Shown here: piece after piece, positions 63,700-64,000 of the stretch
Position numbering within the stretch: the stretch's first letter is position 1
Layout of the letters: each line of letters begins with the position of its first letter
Assembly: GCA_963701985.1 (NCBI GenBank)
Contig: OY969691.1
Coordinates: 1,672,260-1,736,259, forward strand
Origin: an uncultured Coriobacteriia bacterium
GTDB lineage: Bacteria; Actinomycetota; Coriobacteriia; Anaerosomatales; PALSA-660
Direction of reading: 5' to 3'
Length of the DNA stretch: 64,000 nucleotides
Program-made: the position numbers and the translations under genes
Notes under the pieces: generated by a model
The model's database searches: none
What the model was told of the DNA's origin: nothing
What the model saw: only the letters and a program-made list of their open reading frames with translations

Positions 63700-64000
63700 A
63701 TGAAGGAGAGCGTTGCCCGAAGCTCCACCGCCATCAGAGCGCCGGGCATCGAGCGGAGGCGCCGGTTCGCCGGCGCCTCCGCATCGGTGACACGGCGTCT
63801 TCAGCGGCACGACCGTGCTGGTCTCGGCTCGGCTTGGTCGTGCTGCTCGCTGCGCTGCTGTGCGTCCTGGCCCAGGACGCCGCCCCGGCACTCGCCAAGT
63901 TCGGGCTCGGGCTTCTTCACCGGCACGCAGTGGGACCCGGTCAACAACCAGTTCGGCGCGCTGCCGTACATCTACGGGACGCTCGTCACCTCCATCGATC
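63700..64000 (+). CDS. pstC: Phosphate ABC permease, truncated at the window end
   Basis: FFTGTQWDPVNNQFGALPYIYGTLVTS following pstS. Confidence 0.85.
   Translation, partial: MKESVARSSTAIRAPGIERRRRFAGASASVTRRLQRHDRAGLGSAWSCCSLRCCASWPRTPPRHSPSSGSGFFTGTQWDPVNNQFGALPYIYGTLVTSID

Overview
High-GC bacterial core-genome window, most likely Actinomycetota class Coriobacteriia. This is inferred from sequence flavour: RpoA starting MTEFMRP, the RpoC tail [10 protein letters not shown]2 [12 protein letters not shown], and a Firmicutes-like ecf-truA-rplM layout. Gene order: 3' part of rpoC; str operon without tuf; S10-spc-alpha ribosomal clusters; ECF module; truA; rplM-rpsI; glmM; glmS ribozyme and glmS; acpS; nnr; CBS protein; alr; a complete V/A-type ATPase operon; nitroreductase; UDG; tsaE; tsaB; rimI-tsaD; groESL (CIRCE and HAIR); GT4; ychF; guaB3-type IMPDH; guaA; chorismate mutase; DAHP synthase; small Zn-finger gene; pcrA; CBS-PPase; phoR/phoP; pstS; pstC (truncated). 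Many essential genes carry frameshifts clustered in blocks, which I read as long-read consensus errors, so coordinates of those genes are approximate. I saw no tRNA, rRNA, CRISPR or mobile element. Best novelty candidates: tandem C-x9-C-x10-C-x2-H fingers on the RNA polymerase beta' tail, a pseudoknotted leader RNA upstream of the IMPDH-guaA operon, a FYVE-like-spaced small Zn-finger protein, and a structured rplW-rplB spacer.
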